From Tubulanus polymorphus (taxonomy: Eukaryota; Animalia; Nemertea): DNA of 64,000 bases. The position numbers and the translations under genes were made by a program. The stretch is taken from NCBI RefSeq assembly GCF_964204645.1, contig NC_134036.1:10085859-10149858 (forward strand), given 5' to 3'. Numbering within the stretch: position 1 is the first letter of the stretch; every line of letters starts with the position of its first letter. Of this stretch, positions 1 to 11,862 are shown piece after piece. Below the pieces are notes generated by a model. That model was not told the DNA's origin. It made no database searches and was given only the letters and a program-made list of their open reading frames with translations.

Positions 1-47
1 ATAACATTAAAAACCTCATTTTCTAATGAGTAAATACAGGTTATTAA

Positions 48-84
48 CACGAACGTTTTCGGGATCATATCCCCTCATCAGGTG
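48..84 (-). ncRNA. Minimal type I hammerhead ribozyme in the PLE pseudo-LTR
   Basis: Minus strand reads CAC-CTGATGA-GGGGATATGATCCC-GAAA-ACGT-TC-GTG: CUGAnGA and GAAA cores, stem II, palindromic ACGT stem III and a CAC/GTG stem I. Confidence 0.8.
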
Positions 85-197
85 AAATACAAGTGAATCA
101 AATGATTAAACTACAGGTTTATATACAACATAAGTTACAAAATTACAAGTGCTAAATTCTAAGCTAATTACAAACCAAGTATTTAATTACAAACTAA

Positions 198-484
198 TTA
201 TTTGAATACATTTAGGATAAAGGATGAGCCGTTTTGAAATAATTGTTGATTTAAAGAGGGTCGTTGCGCTTTAATAAACAGGGCCTCCCTAATTTTACAG
301 TCGAGATCAGATGAACCTTTGTCTAGAATTTTGAATTTGTTGTTACTGAATTCCTGATCATAAGTGTGACAAATTGCGAGATGTTGTCCAATCGCAGAAG
401 TCTTTGATCTGTGTTCCTTAATCCTGATGGCCAAATGTCGTTTAGTTTTCCCAATATAGGAAGTGTTTATATCACATAAACAAT
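198..484 (-). pseudogene. PLE GIY-YIG endonuclease C-terminal fragment
   Basis: CLCD..SYIGKTKRHLAIRIKEH...SAIGQH...REALFIK...PSLN motifs. The first codons of the tracked ORF come from the Maverick TIR. Confidence 0.9.
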
Positions 485-896
485 AGTAGTTAGGAAATGT
501 CACTTCAGGACCTCAATGAGGAGGGGGGAGGGGGAGGAGTGAGGAGGGTGGAGGGGGAGGAGTTTCTTAAGATTTTTTTCTTAAGATTTTTTCCTCAAGA
601 TATTTTTCTTAAGATTTTTTTTTCCTCAAGATATTTTTCTTAAGATATTTTCCTTAAGATTTTTTTTCTTTTTTTCCTTTACGAATTTTCTTTTTGGCGG
701 CAAAATTCAAATCATTGACTATGTAAATTCCAAATCAATTTATTGATGTGATTAATTCCCTAGATGGCGCCACTATTACGAGATCCTATGCGTGTGTGTG
801 TGTGAGGAGGGGGAGGAGTAAATCCTAGATGGCGCTTTCTTTTCCAGCATTACCAATTTCGAGTGATACAAAGAAACCACAAAAAAAACAAATGTA
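485..896 (+). repeat. Left terminal inverted repeat of Maverick A
   Basis: Near-identical reverse complement of 16534-16991. Contains a G-rich tract, AAGATTTTTTTCTT-type tandem units and two CTAGATGGCG motifs. Confidence 0.95.
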
Positions 897-998
897 TAAC
901 AAATTAATGTCAACAATTAAAAAACATTTATTAACAATAAACGCGCAATAAATAGAATAGATAAATAAATAATCATATACACTGCGTTATTTCCTATA

Positions 999-3900
999 TC
1001 AATATCCGTACGGAAGCGTGTTATACCGATCTGCGGGGTCGAAAGCTCGTTTAGTATAAACCGCGCGATATATTTTTCGTTCGTCTCTATTGTAAATAGA
1101 ACAGTCCTTGATCTTTCTATTAATTTTGTCAGGGTTTAATATGTAAAGATGGTCGTACTTTTCTTCGACAATTATATCTACCATGGAACCAAAGTTTACA
1201 ATTTGTTTGTTTCGAAAATTCAAATTGATCCCTTTAACTTTACATTCCGTTGAAAATGTATTATCTCTAGGACTGAATACCCGATATGCATAATTTTTGG
1301 GTCCAGCCGAAACAAATTCTGAAATAAACGACCCCTCCCCGTATTTATCGACCAATTCATCGGTCATATCACCCAAAAAATTCCCGGTCGGCGGATCCCA
1401 TTCACCAGGTTTCACGCTATAAATAATGGAGTCGGTATCCGTGTATAGGGTTCGTTCCCCTAATTTCTCCATATAACTATAGAGAATAAGCCGCGCATGA
1501 GCCGTTGTGAAAGCTGCTAAAGCGACGCTGGTTTTGTTTGTCGATTCGACAAATTCTGCGCGTTTTTTGTAATGCACTCTTAGCACCTCGTCATTACACA
1601 ACAACAAATCGCTTATCTCTAAAGTTTCATCCAAAAGCATTCTATATAATTCCCCGGGGTCCAAAATATATTTAGCCGTCGTCTTATTTTCGTTTTGACC
1701 GAGTTTACCCCACATCGAATTTAAGCATAATTTCGTGACTGTTCGCATCCCCTTGGCTTTCTTAATCTTATCTTCTTCGAGTTGGATACCCTCTCTTTCT
1801 AAATAATCGGAAATGAATTTATCCTTCTCGTCGCGCGACATATCTTTACACGGCCAACCACTGGCTTCGGTTTTAACTTTGAGGAATTTTCCTATATAAT
1901 CCTCGAATAAACCCGTTTCATTAGTTTCCCAATTCCAAATTTCATATATATCTAATATCTTATAACCAAGTGTCACTGCTTTTTGTACCTCTAAAGTTAC
2001 CCAGGTACCCGTTATCGAACGCTCATTTGCCGAATGTTGACACTTTTCGCGCTGATTGCTTTCATTAGCGCACGTTCGACACAATGGAAAAGTCAATTTC
2101 CCACCCGATCTATACGGGAGCACGGGTAGATATAAACCCCGAGGCGGTAAAACCTTACACTTAATCAACCCGTAATAATTATCGATATGGCGGAAATTTT
2201 CAGTCACGATAGTCGGATGACCGATTGGATAACTGCAACGACTGTTGACGTACGGGTATAACGAGCATATGTCGATGTATTTGATTTTTTCTTCACCCTC
2301 GGCTTTGCGATAAATTTTTATCGCGTTCGTACGACCTCCAAAAAATGCGTCACGTGGTTGCAATGGATCGAGAATATCAGATTTTTTGACAAAATCTGCA
2401 AACGCGCGGTTTTCTTTAACCAAGTCACGATATTCGTGTTCCCAAAATTCCACCAAATTGTACCCCATAGCCCTAATTTTAGATGTTTTTTCTAATGTGG
2501 CCTGATATAATTCACCGAATTTACGATCGGGCCGTACAGGAGATATCAAATCCGGATTTTTGAAACACTTAGGGCATCCGTGATATAAACAACCGTGAAA
2601 TTCGTACACGGTATTGGATTCGGCGTGATAACCGTCTACTTTAAAGCGGTCAATCGATACTTCGCCGCCGTTCAACGCGTGTTGGACTCGTATGTCATTC
2701 GTTGTGGATACCCATTTCAACCAGTTAATTGCCATCTAGGAAAATTTTGCATTAGGTTTATAACCCCCCGGAGGGATTAGCCCTATTGTTGTCGGTTTCA
2801 AAAAGTTTGTTCGTAACGCCACATTGCACGCCGATGCTATAGTGATGCTGTTACGAAATGGATCAACAGCCGAAAGAGCAAAGAATTGATGTTGAAAATT
2901 TACGACGGATTGCATTAGAATATCCACATCCGAACGACAGTATTCGACCAACTCGCGTTGCATGTCAAAAATGAAATTTTCCGACTGACGATCGCTATGC
3001 CACTTTATTAAATCAGACCTTTCGCTCGAACTTAGACCGTCGGGATTGTAATATTCTATATCGGGAATAGGTCCGACGTAATCAATATTCTCGCGAGTGC
3101 AAAATTTATACGGAAAATAGCCCTTTTTCAACTCAGGAATACCTAGTGTTTCGGGTAATTTAGCGAGTTTCATCGGTAGAAAATTTAAAGTATCTAAAAA
3201 CTTTATATCCAAATGCTTGACGGTCATAGTCATTATTTTCCCACCGTTTGGTATAATATCCGGTAATATACCTTGTGAAACCAAATATTGCAGAATGAAA
3301 TAACCGTCGAAAGATTGAAAATTATGCGCGAAAACAGTGGCACCCCTATTCTCTTCCGTAAACAACCACTCGCAGAGTTCAGAGGCCGTTTTAAACACGT
3401 GTTCGTGTTTACCGCAATAATCGCAAACCGAGTCGGGGGTCCGTTTCGACCATTTACACATCTGACATACTCTATGTGCTATACCCAGTACTACAACGTG
3501 GTTCGATTCCACAGTCGTTGTTTCAAAATCGAATGCGATGAACTTTCTATATTTTAACTCATCGCCCGCATTTTCAGCGTCCAAATAAGGGTTGATTAGT
3601 GTATGAGGGTTACCCTGTTCCTCAGATACCACATGATCCCGACTTTTAGCGACCCCGATGTAACAAAGATGACCGCTAAGCTTTCGCTCTTTACAAGAAC
3701 TGCAATATTTTTGCCCGCAATCGTGAGATTTGGGGTCAAGTTTTTTTCTAGATACAATAGAACCGCATTGTAAACATCTAGCCTTTGAATCGCATAAGCT
3801 TGACCCATCTGGTCTTGGTCTGCAGTGTCTGGCTAAACACGCTTCCGATTTGAAATAGATATTGCATTTTATACACAAATAACTACCCCTTTGTTGTCCG

Positions 3901-6097
3901 CAATTACCTAAACAAAGTCTGCATTTATCTGTACAACTGTGTCGTTCTGTATTCGTATACCCTTTTTTACAAGAATAGCAAAAATATGTACGACACGTAA
4001 ATGCAGACATCGATGTAATAACGTCAAAATGTCCAGCCGTATATAAAAGTTCAATCTTTTTACCCCCAGCTCCTTTATTTTTTAGCACGGCGTTGTTTTT
4101 CTCGTAAATGATATGATACGCATTATCATCTCCAGTTGCGACTAATACGTAGTAATCGGATAATTGTTGCGCAAATACATCCAATTCGCGCAATCCACAC
4201 TTGCCTAGAGGTACACCGGCATTCGTGTGTAAGGCAATTGCCGCATTCTTCTGCAAAGGCCGGTCGCATCTACGTATGACATCATATCGGGGATCATTGT
4301 CCGCACGCGCTTTTGCAACCACTATTGACCTAGCGAGACACAAATCATCGTCATTATCAATTGAGACAACGCATTTTTTGTTCTGTCTAAACTGATTGAA
4401 GTTTACCTCGACGCGTTTACGACGTACACCACCTAGCGGCATTCGAATGAATGTACAATGGAAAATTAATCCATCCAAAGACAAATCCTCATTCGACTGT
4501 AGAACACGTATTAGCCTATCGAGTATATATTCGACCGTTAGTTCGTCCAACGATACGAATGGAAATTCAATGTTTCCATTGAGATCCGTGTGTTCGATAG
4601 ATATACGAATCATGTCACTCGAACGAGCGTCCAGCATTTCACTAATTGCCGCTAAAACGTCGGTTAGGTAATTTCGGACGATTGTCTGTGTATCCTGCGC
4701 GTCGAGTGTCTTGTTATTCTGGTCATCACGCGGAATTACGGTAACCTTGTACAACTCAGTTTTCATGTTGAATTTTTTGCTGTGTTGTACGCCGTTCTGT
4801 AAAATAATGGAAACATTCTTTTTAATCATTTTTGTTCGTCATTATGTTAAACGAATTTTGGTGTATTCGATTACTTACCCTGACCAGTTTAATATTGCCC
4901 CGTATTATCTCGTCGGGGTTTTCACAGTGAGGGCGCTTCGAACACGGCACTTCTTCCTCATCATCATCAATATCGTCAATAGGACGCTTCGATGTTGAGG
5001 GTCGTGGAGCGAATACCTCGCCGTGACGTTTTAACTCGGCGATCGAATGGAACGAATCCGAACATCGCGAGCATGTAAACTCCCGTACGGCTGGTGGTGG
5101 TGGTGGTGGAGGCTGTGGTAAGGCCGACGTCTTTTTAGGTTTACACGTTCTCATGTGCCTTACCAAGTTATCCTTACGAGATAGCGTTTTGCCGCATATG
5201 TCGCAAGAATGCTAGAAAATAGAAAAAAATACCCGGATTATATTAAAGATGAATAACAGTTTTTTTTAGCAATTCATGATTTCGATTACTTACAGAGTTA
5301 GACGTCCAGGGGTGAATGGGGTGACAATCAGGATGTGGCGGTGGGTTCACACGCGGAGGGTTTACGCGCGGTAGAGGGTTTACACGCGGTGGTTCAACGG
5401 ATCCTTTACACGTTTTGACGTGTCGGCGCATGTTGTCTACGCGTCCAAACACCTTGCCACATTTGCTGCACTCGGGTCCCTTCAATAGACAAATATATAG
5501 AATATAAATAACGGGTCTTTTTGTTTGTTTATTTGTTTTTCTTTCTTTAGTAACTCATAATTTCACTACTTACCGGTCTAGCTTCTGATGTGCCTGGTTG
5601 CGAGTGTAGTGATACGTGTTTGGCAACGTAGCCCTTACACGTTTTAGCATGCCGGGTCAAGTGATCTTTACGTGTAAACGACTTGCCGCATGTATCGCAT
5701 TGCCAACCATCGGTAGTTCCAAAGTGGGAACTCAGATGATGTGTCAGTGTTTGCTGGTCAGCAAAGTTAAGACCACATATTATGCAGTCCCATATTTGCT
5801 GAAAAAATAAATAAATAAATAAATAAACCGGGTATTTAAGAATACATTAAAATAATTAATTAATGAAATGAGCGATTGTAAGCTACTTACCGGATTGGCC
5901 GAAGCTACAGGCATCTGTTGTTGAACCGGTTGGGGTGTCATACATATAAACGTGTGCTGCGTTAAATCGCGCGCACACGCAAATGCTTTGCAACAGCTCA
6001 AGCACTTGAACCCCTTCTTACCAACGTGAAGTTGTTGGTGTTGTTCCAAACCCAGTTCATTGACAAAGGTCAACGGGCAGTATTGGCATGAATACAT
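999..6097 (-). CDS. polB: Protein-primed DNA polymerase B with spliced multi-zinc-finger N-terminus (exons 6097-5891, 5798-5574, 5479-5294, 5211-4879, 4796-999); one in-frame TAG at 2736-2738
   Basis: Exonuclease motifs (FDFET, HNFQSFDG, YCRSDV) and polymerase motifs (DICSLYP, KLCLNSMWGK, YTDTDS). Vsr-like insert (VDGY..YEFHGCLYHGC) and OTU-like Cys/His pair (DDLCLARS...HFDVI). Four GTAAGT...AG phase-0 introns join the ZnF exons in frame. Confidence 0.85.
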
Positions 6098-6168
6098 TTT
6101 CTGTGAGAAAAAAAGATTGAATATGTGTTATTTTTTAAAAGAGACTAATCTGTGTCTACAAGTCAATT

Positions 6169-6465
6169 ATGGGTCGACTATCGAGTACAATGGACGGACT
6201 ATTACGAAGGCTATTGTTCACGATTTTGGATTACACGCGAATACACCAAGTGTTACTCGGTCAAAAGCATTTAACAGATATTCAACGTTTAGCCAATGAT
6301 TTTGTAAATTGCGACGAACCAGATGGATTATGCATAGTTTTGAAAGAATTAAATATGACGGAGCGATTCCTTTATAAAATTGTTGGCGCTATATTTTGTT
6401 TAGACGTGATTGATCTTCAACCGGAGCGTAAATATTTCATACGAAGAACGTATATCGACGTGTGA
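6169..6465 (+). CDS. Hypothetical protein (98 aa)
   Basis: ATG-initiated ORF inside the element; no recognisable motif. Confidence 0.35.
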   Translation: MGRLSSTMDGLLRRLLFTILDYTRIHQVLLGQKHLTDIQRLANDFVNCDEPDGLCIVLKELNMTERFLYKIVGAIFCLDVIDLQPERKYFIRRTYIDV

Positions 6466-6768
6466 AAAAAGTCAAATAGCGTTTATGAAAACATATTCAA
6501 ACCTCGAATATCTAAAATCGAAAAATAGTCAAACCGTATTTTTAACTAATGTTATTTTGTCAAAACCGTATAGTATTTTCCTATTAAAAAAGTTCAAACC
6601 TCATTTTTTCAAAATTGAAAATTGTTAGAACCTCGTTTAGTGAAAATAAAGAATTTAGTAAACTATAAAATGCGTGTACTGTATTTTTAAAATATTGACA
6701 ACCCCCTTGTTTCTATTAAAAGTGTTTTTCATTCGTAGCTAAAACACTTAAAACACTAAAACACTAAG

Positions 6769-7418
6769 ATGGCAGAGTATAATGGCCCGAGATACTTATC
6801 CCACCCATTCACGATGATAGTCGCAGGACCGACGGGTTCCGGTAAAAGTGTGTTTGTCAAAAAGTTATAACGGAGAATCTTGTCGAAAAAAATCCCGATA
6901 AGATATATTGGTGTTACGCGGAGGCACAACCCGAAATGTTCAATGAATTGGAAAAGTTTGGAGTGCAGTTTGTAGAGGGTTTTTCCGGAGAACTCTACGA
7001 CAAAATAGATGGCAGTAAACGTACATTAATTATAGTCGACGATCTGATGAATGAAGTAGGGGGTAATAACGCGTTAGCTTCTTTGTATACACGAGGATCC
7101 CATCATCGCAACATCAGCGTTATTACGATTGTACAAAATATTTTCCCGAAAGGCAAAGAGTTTAGAACGATTAGTTTAAACTCGCATTATATTGTCGTTT
7201 TTAAAAATGCGCGAGATAGAAATCAAGTTCGCGTTCTCGCTCAACAAGCCGGTTTGAAAAACGAAATTGAAGCGGCCTTTAGAGACGCTACCATGGAACC
7301 CCACGGTTATCTTTTACTGGATTTTAAACCAAAAACTGTTGATAGATGGCGTTTGAGAACTAGAATTTTTCCTAGCGATAAATACCATATAATATACAAA
7401 ACAAAGAAAATTCATTAA
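6769..7418 (+). pseudogene. A32/FtsK-like packaging ATPase, frameshifted near 6868
   Basis: ATG 6769 gives HPFTMIVAGPTGSGKS (Walker A) and then a stop. Walker B (IIVDDLM) and RGSHHRNIS continue in another frame (ORF 6936-7418), consistent with a 1-nt deletion. Confidence 0.9.
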
Positions 7419-7456
7419 AAGTATAATTTTCGACTAATAACTAATAAAAGAAGACC

Positions 7457-7840
7457 ATGGCGCCGCGTAAAAACAACTCGTTACAAAGAGTGAAAAAATA
7501 TATACATCATTTACACGTGTTGGGTAAATGTAATAAGAAACAACGTCGAGCGTTGATAGAATCGGCTCCGTCAGACTTAATCAAGTACGTATGCGAGATA
7601 TCCAAAAACAGTTTAGCCGGGAATATAAAACATAGCGACAAAGATAAACGCGTGTTGAAACAACATAAGCGTTACATACGCATGTTGGCCAACAATTCGA
7701 TAGCCATTAAACATAAACGAGGAATAATTTCGCAAAAAGGTGGATTTCTGCCATTCATTTTACTACCACTTTTGAAACCTATACTGACGTCTGTTTTAAC
7801 GAACGCCGCAAACCGAATAGTAGATAAGGCAACAGCATGA
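7457..7840 (+). CDS. Basic Maverick virion/core protein with GG|F protease-type site
   Basis: Lys/Arg-rich; QKGGFLPFILLPLL resembles adenain cleavage sites followed by an amphipathic peptide. Confidence 0.7.
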   Translation: MAPRKNNSLQRVKKYIHHLHVLGKCNKKQRRALIESAPSDLIKYVCEISKNSLAGNIKHSDKDKRVLKQHKRYIRMLANNSIAIKHKRGIISQKGGFLPFILLPLLKPILTSVLTNAANRIVDKATA

Positions 7841-8517
7841 AGAACGTTGAAAAGTTAATCATTTTACCCGATTCCATGTTACCCTCGATACAAGCTTTTA
7901 TCGCGAGTCAGGAACGTCGACAAGAAAAAGAAACACCCGCTACCTACAACCCTCTAACGGATAACAAAATACCCGACGATCTCAAATACTTAAAGTATAA
8001 TCAGTTATTGCAGCAAGAAATACATAAATCGTCTACAGAAAAGGACATTAACCAAACGACACAAGATATTAAAGAAATCTCGGGCAAATATACTACGCAG
8101 AAAATTATTGATCGGTAACCGTTAAGATTTAGGAAAAAATGTAAATCCCTATTAGCATTTTTTGAAGATAATCCAGGAATTTTGAAATGGAATGATAAAG
8201 GCGAACTGATTTACAAGGACAATCTAATTCGTGGAAGCAACATTGACGATATTTTACACATGTCGTTAGTACAAACTAAAATGGATCAAGAATATATCGG
8301 CCTAGATAAATATATATCTGCATTTAACGAGTTGAACGTACCATTGAGTCTTATTTCGAATAAAACGTTAAAGAGAAGTATCAAAGGTGCACTTACCGTA
8401 GATTTAGATACGTCGTTGTCTCCAAAGAGGAAGAAACCAAAGTATGATCAGAGCGGATCCGGACTGCGTGGAGTGCGTGATGGCAATGTGAATTTCACAA
8501 ACTGGTTATCCTTTTAA
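7837..8517 (+). pseudogene. Conserved Maverick hypothetical protein (WNxxGE...GSNI motif), split by a stop at 8116-8118
   Basis: ORFs 7837-8118 and 8182-8517 share a frame; KWNDKGELIYKDNLIRGSNIDDIL is typical of Polinton accessory proteins. Confidence 0.7.
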
Positions 8518-8847
8518 CGACTAGAAAAACCTAATCGCGACTGTCAAAAAGCTTTGACCAATGACCTGGCTTCATTTGTGGCGGATTGATATGATATATG
8601 CGGGCTTCATTATTCGTGTTTGGCATGTCAACGGTCAGTGGGTTTTGCAATGATATCATTAGTGGAATGGATATAGCAGTTTCATTTTGTGACGCGATAT
8701 TAAGAGTTAATTGTGGAGTGCTGTGACCGAGTTGACGTAACACTAATAGTTAATTGGATGTACGGGTTTCATTTTTGGGTCAAGATAAATCGATATTAAT
8801 TGTCGATTGGATATGTGGGTCTCATTTGCGATCGAGTTGGTACATTA

Positions 8848-9372
8848 ATGATGATTGAAGTTGTAAACGTTGCGTCTACGGGTAATCTGAATTGCCGTCT
8901 AAATCTAGCCGATATTGCAGGAAAATTGTGTAATGTCGTCTATGACCCCCGAAAGTTTAGTGGATTAATATGGAAACACAGAAGTATACAGGGTAATTGT
9001 CTATTGTTCGTAAATGGTAAAATGGTCGTGACCGGATGTAAAAGCGAATTTAACAGTCGGCGTAGTACAAGACAATTCGCTCGTTTGTTGCAAAAGATGG
9101 GTTATATTGTGAGCTTGACTAATTTCAAAATACAAACTATGACTGGAGTTGTAAAAACTGATCGACGTGTGGACTTAATAGAACTTTCCAAAACAGTTCC
9201 CGGTGACTACAATCCCGAAATATTTCCCGGTTTTGTTTACAAGTGCGAAAACGGGATAAAATGTATAGTACATAACGGCGGTACTTTAATATTGTCGGGT
9301 GCCAGAAAACTCTACGATCTACGGGAAGCCTATGAAGAAGTTCTATTCTATACCATTCTTTGTTCCAAATAA
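8848..9372 (+). CDS. TATA-box-binding protein (TBP)-like
   Basis: Two-repeat TBP core: VVNVASTGNL...YDPRKFSGLIW...LLFVNGKMVVTGCKS and FKIQTMTG...YNPEIFPGFVY...GTLILSGAR. Confidence 0.9.
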   Translation: MMIEVVNVASTGNLNCRLNLADIAGKLCNVVYDPRKFSGLIWKHRSIQGNCLLFVNGKMVVTGCKSEFNSRRSTRQFARLLQKMGYIVSLTNFKIQTMTGVVKTDRRVDLIELSKTVPGDYNPEIFPGFVYKCENGIKCIVHNGGTLILSGARKLYDLREAYEEVLFYTILCSK

Positions 9373-9544
9373 AAAAGTCATTAAAAGCATATTGTTTTTT
9401 AAGTGTAAATAAAATTATGAGAAAAGATGAATTGGCGAAAGTTGTTTTGTTGTTGTTTAAAGCAGGAGGAGCCGAATTTCGAGTGTCGTTTCAATAGAGT
9501 TAATTGCGTATTAAGTACGTGTTGTGGTAGTACAACTGTAATTG

Positions 9545-10627
9545 ATGAAAGCCGAACAGAAAAGGTTCCTGGCGAATCAATATTATGGCGTCGACAAAGA
9601 AGGAAGTTTTTCAAACGCAAATACATTACTACGGATTTGTAAAAAAGAAAACAAAAATATCTCTTTACGTGAGATACGAGACTGGTTAACCGAACAAGAA
9701 GTTCACACTTTACACGCCAAAGTGCGAAAGAGATTTCCGAGAAACAAAACTATAGCCTATCGAGTGAACGAGCAATTTCAGGTCGACTCGTGCGACGTTT
9801 CGAATATTTCGAAACACAACGACGGTTACAAATTTCTATTGACGGCTATCGATGTATTGTCTAGATACGCGTTCGCTATACCGTTAAAGAATAAATTTAA
9901 TTCTACCGTTGTGGATGGTTTTAAAAAGATTTTCAAGATTAGGAAACCTAGCGTTATTCAATCGGATTCAGGCACAGAATTTGTCGGTTCAAAAACGCAG
10001 GCGTATCTGAAAAACGAGGGCGTACGTTTTTTCCAAAGTAAAAACGGAGTGAAATGCGCTTTAATCGTAAGATGGATACGTACTTTAAAATCGAAAATGT
10101 ATAAGATATTTTCGCATAGAAATTCATACAGATATATCGATTTGCTTAAAGATATAGTAGCGTCATACAATAAATCGTTTCATCGTAGTATAAAAATGGC
10201 TCCAAACGATGTCAACGAGTTAAACGCGCACAAAGTTTTCAAGAATTTATACGGTACAATCCGTAGTAAAAAACGCGTGAATTTTAAGTTTCGCGTTGGC
10301 GACACTGTTCGAATAAGCGAACTCAATGGTCAATTCCAAAAAGGCTATTTACCCGGTTGGAGTACTGAGTTGTTTGTCGTTACGAAAAGAATTATGCGTG
10401 AACCACCTGTATACAAGATTAAAGATTTACAAGACGTAACAATAGATGGCGTGTTTTATGGTTACGAGTTGATAAAATTCAATAAAAAGGATGAAACGTA
10501 TAAGATCGAGTCGATAATTAAAACTCGAGGTAAAGGCGCTCGAAAACAATACTTGGTAAAGTGGTATAACTATCCCGATAAATTCAATTCTTGGGTGAAC
10601 GCTCGAGATATCAAGAAATTACCATGA
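9545..10627 (+). CDS. int: Retroviral-like (rve) integrase with C-terminal chromodomain; catalytic Glu apparently lost
   Basis: QVD, IDVLSRYA and QSDSGTEF motifs; KCALIVRW where KxxxxERF is expected; YLVKWYNYPDKFNSWV chromodomain. Confidence 0.93.
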   Translation: MKAEQKRFLANQYYGVDKEGSFSNANTLLRICKKENKNISLREIRDWLTEQEVHTLHAKVRKRFPRNKTIAYRVNEQFQVDSCDVSNISKHNDGYKFLLTAIDVLSRYAFAIPLKNKFNSTVVDGFKKIFKIRKPSVIQSDSGTEFVGSKTQAYLKNEGVRFFQSKNGVKCALIVRWIRTLKSKMYKIFSHRNSYRYIDLLKDIVASYNKSFHRSIKMAPNDVNELNAHKVFKNLYGTIRSKKRVNFKFRVGDTVRISELNGQFQKGYLPGWSTELFVVTKRIMREPPVYKIKDLQDVTIDGVFYGYELIKFNKKDETYKIESIIKTRGKGARKQYLVKWYNYPDKFNSWVNARDIKKLP

Positions 10628-11450
10628 GTCAGGATTTTACGTGTATCTCAAAAGCGATGCTAGCACTGATATTTATCCCGATAATACGCGACATAGTTTT
10701 AAGGTCCGATTACGAACACCGATTTCACTTCAAGGCAAATGGTTTTGCGCTTTACATCAAATAAACTTTATGGCTGATTTCAATAACGTGAACAATGGAA
10801 GATTTCAATGTACGTCGTCTGAGCACGGAACTCATTATCTCGATATACCCACGGGTCGCTATTTGACAATTAACCAATTAATTGTCGCTATACAGGCAGA
10901 GTTAAACAAATGGTACGACGATAAGATAGTTCTTGCATTCGATGAACTAAGTCATAAAGTTAGTATCCGATTTAATGACGACTGTTCAATAACTTTTACG
11001 AACGATATTGCGTGGATCTTGGGTTTTAAAGAAAATATACCGATTAACGAAGATATATCAGATCGTCGTCAAGGTTCTAAAATACACGGTCCTGTACTGT
11101 CAGATTCATCCGATAGTAAAACAGTTTACAAATACATCGAGGTCACTGCAACCCGCAGTTCGGATATAAACGTCGATTATCATAATTTGATGGTATATAC
11201 AGATGTTATCGAACCACAGCTGGTCGGACATCAAAGCGCAAATCTCTTACGTCTGATCGATTTGAATCCGAGAAATTTTGGTAAAATTGTTGGTCGAGAA
11301 TTTACCAAGTTACAATATTTTCCGCTACAAAGACGGAATTTTCAAACTATAGAAGTCTTTATTAGGACCGAATACGGAAGAATCCCCGTTTTCAGAAAGG
11401 GCAAAGTTAACCTGGTTCTGCATTTCAAAAAGAAGAATTTATTGCTATGA
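10624..11450 (+). CDS. Minor capsid (penton) protein; 1-nt deletion in a T-run just after the ATG
   Basis: MSQDF(Y)VYLKSDASTDIYPDNT..F.VRL and VYTDVIEPQLVG...LLR...LVLHFK motifs. ATG 10624 is out of frame with ORF 10641 by one base. Confidence 0.85.
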
Positions 11451-11860
11451 GGGCTCTCTGCGAAATCGATCGGGATGCTTGTTGTAAATATTACATGAAC
11501 CAATGCGGTTCGGGTATTGACGTGTACACGGCATCCCCCGTACAAGGCGGTGCTGGATTTGCATCAGTCTTGGGCGGGTTGGCTCGTCCAGCTATTCCAC
11601 TACTAAAAAATATGGCCAAGCAAGCGGTTCCTCATTTACTGAGAACTGGTTTACACGTAGCCAGCGATGTGGTAGGCGGTAAGAATATCGCGACAGCCAT
11701 CAAAGATCGTGGCATCGAAACAATGGGTCGCATTATCAAACGAAGCTTAAAAAGACCATCTACCTCAAACCCAAAATCAATAAAAGGTCGTAAACGAAGT
11801 AGACGTATAACAACCGGAAAACGCGTTCGAAAAACCAAAGCATTCGCTGAAGCGTACTAA
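11447..11860 (+). CDS. Basic core protein (pVII-like)
   Basis: YYMNQCGSG and QGGAGF protease-type sites; Arg/Lys-rich C-terminus; located just upstream of the MCP. Confidence 0.75.
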   Translation: MRALCEIDRDACCKYYMNQCGSGIDVYTASPVQGGAGFASVLGGLARPAIPLLKNMAKQAVPHLLRTGLHVASDVVGGKNIATAIKDRGIETMGRIIKRSLKRPSTSNPKSIKGRKRSRRITTGKRVRKTKAFAEAY

Positions 11861-11862
11861 TT

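Noticed and set aside
2733-2741. Programmed stop-codon readthrough or a two-subunit pPolB
   Set aside because: The TAG falls where a sense codon is expected in a normally continuous region, and the element has several other random lesions; a nonsense mutation is simpler.
3288-4998. Plus-strand ORFs overlapping pPolB (and similar antisense ORFs at 17147-17941, 23006-23396, 57349-58523)
   Set aside because: Antisense shadows of real coding regions with no motifs.
8531-8743. 70-aa minus-strand ORF between the accessory gene and TBP
   Set aside because: Non-ATG start, opposite to the cluster orientation, and no motif.
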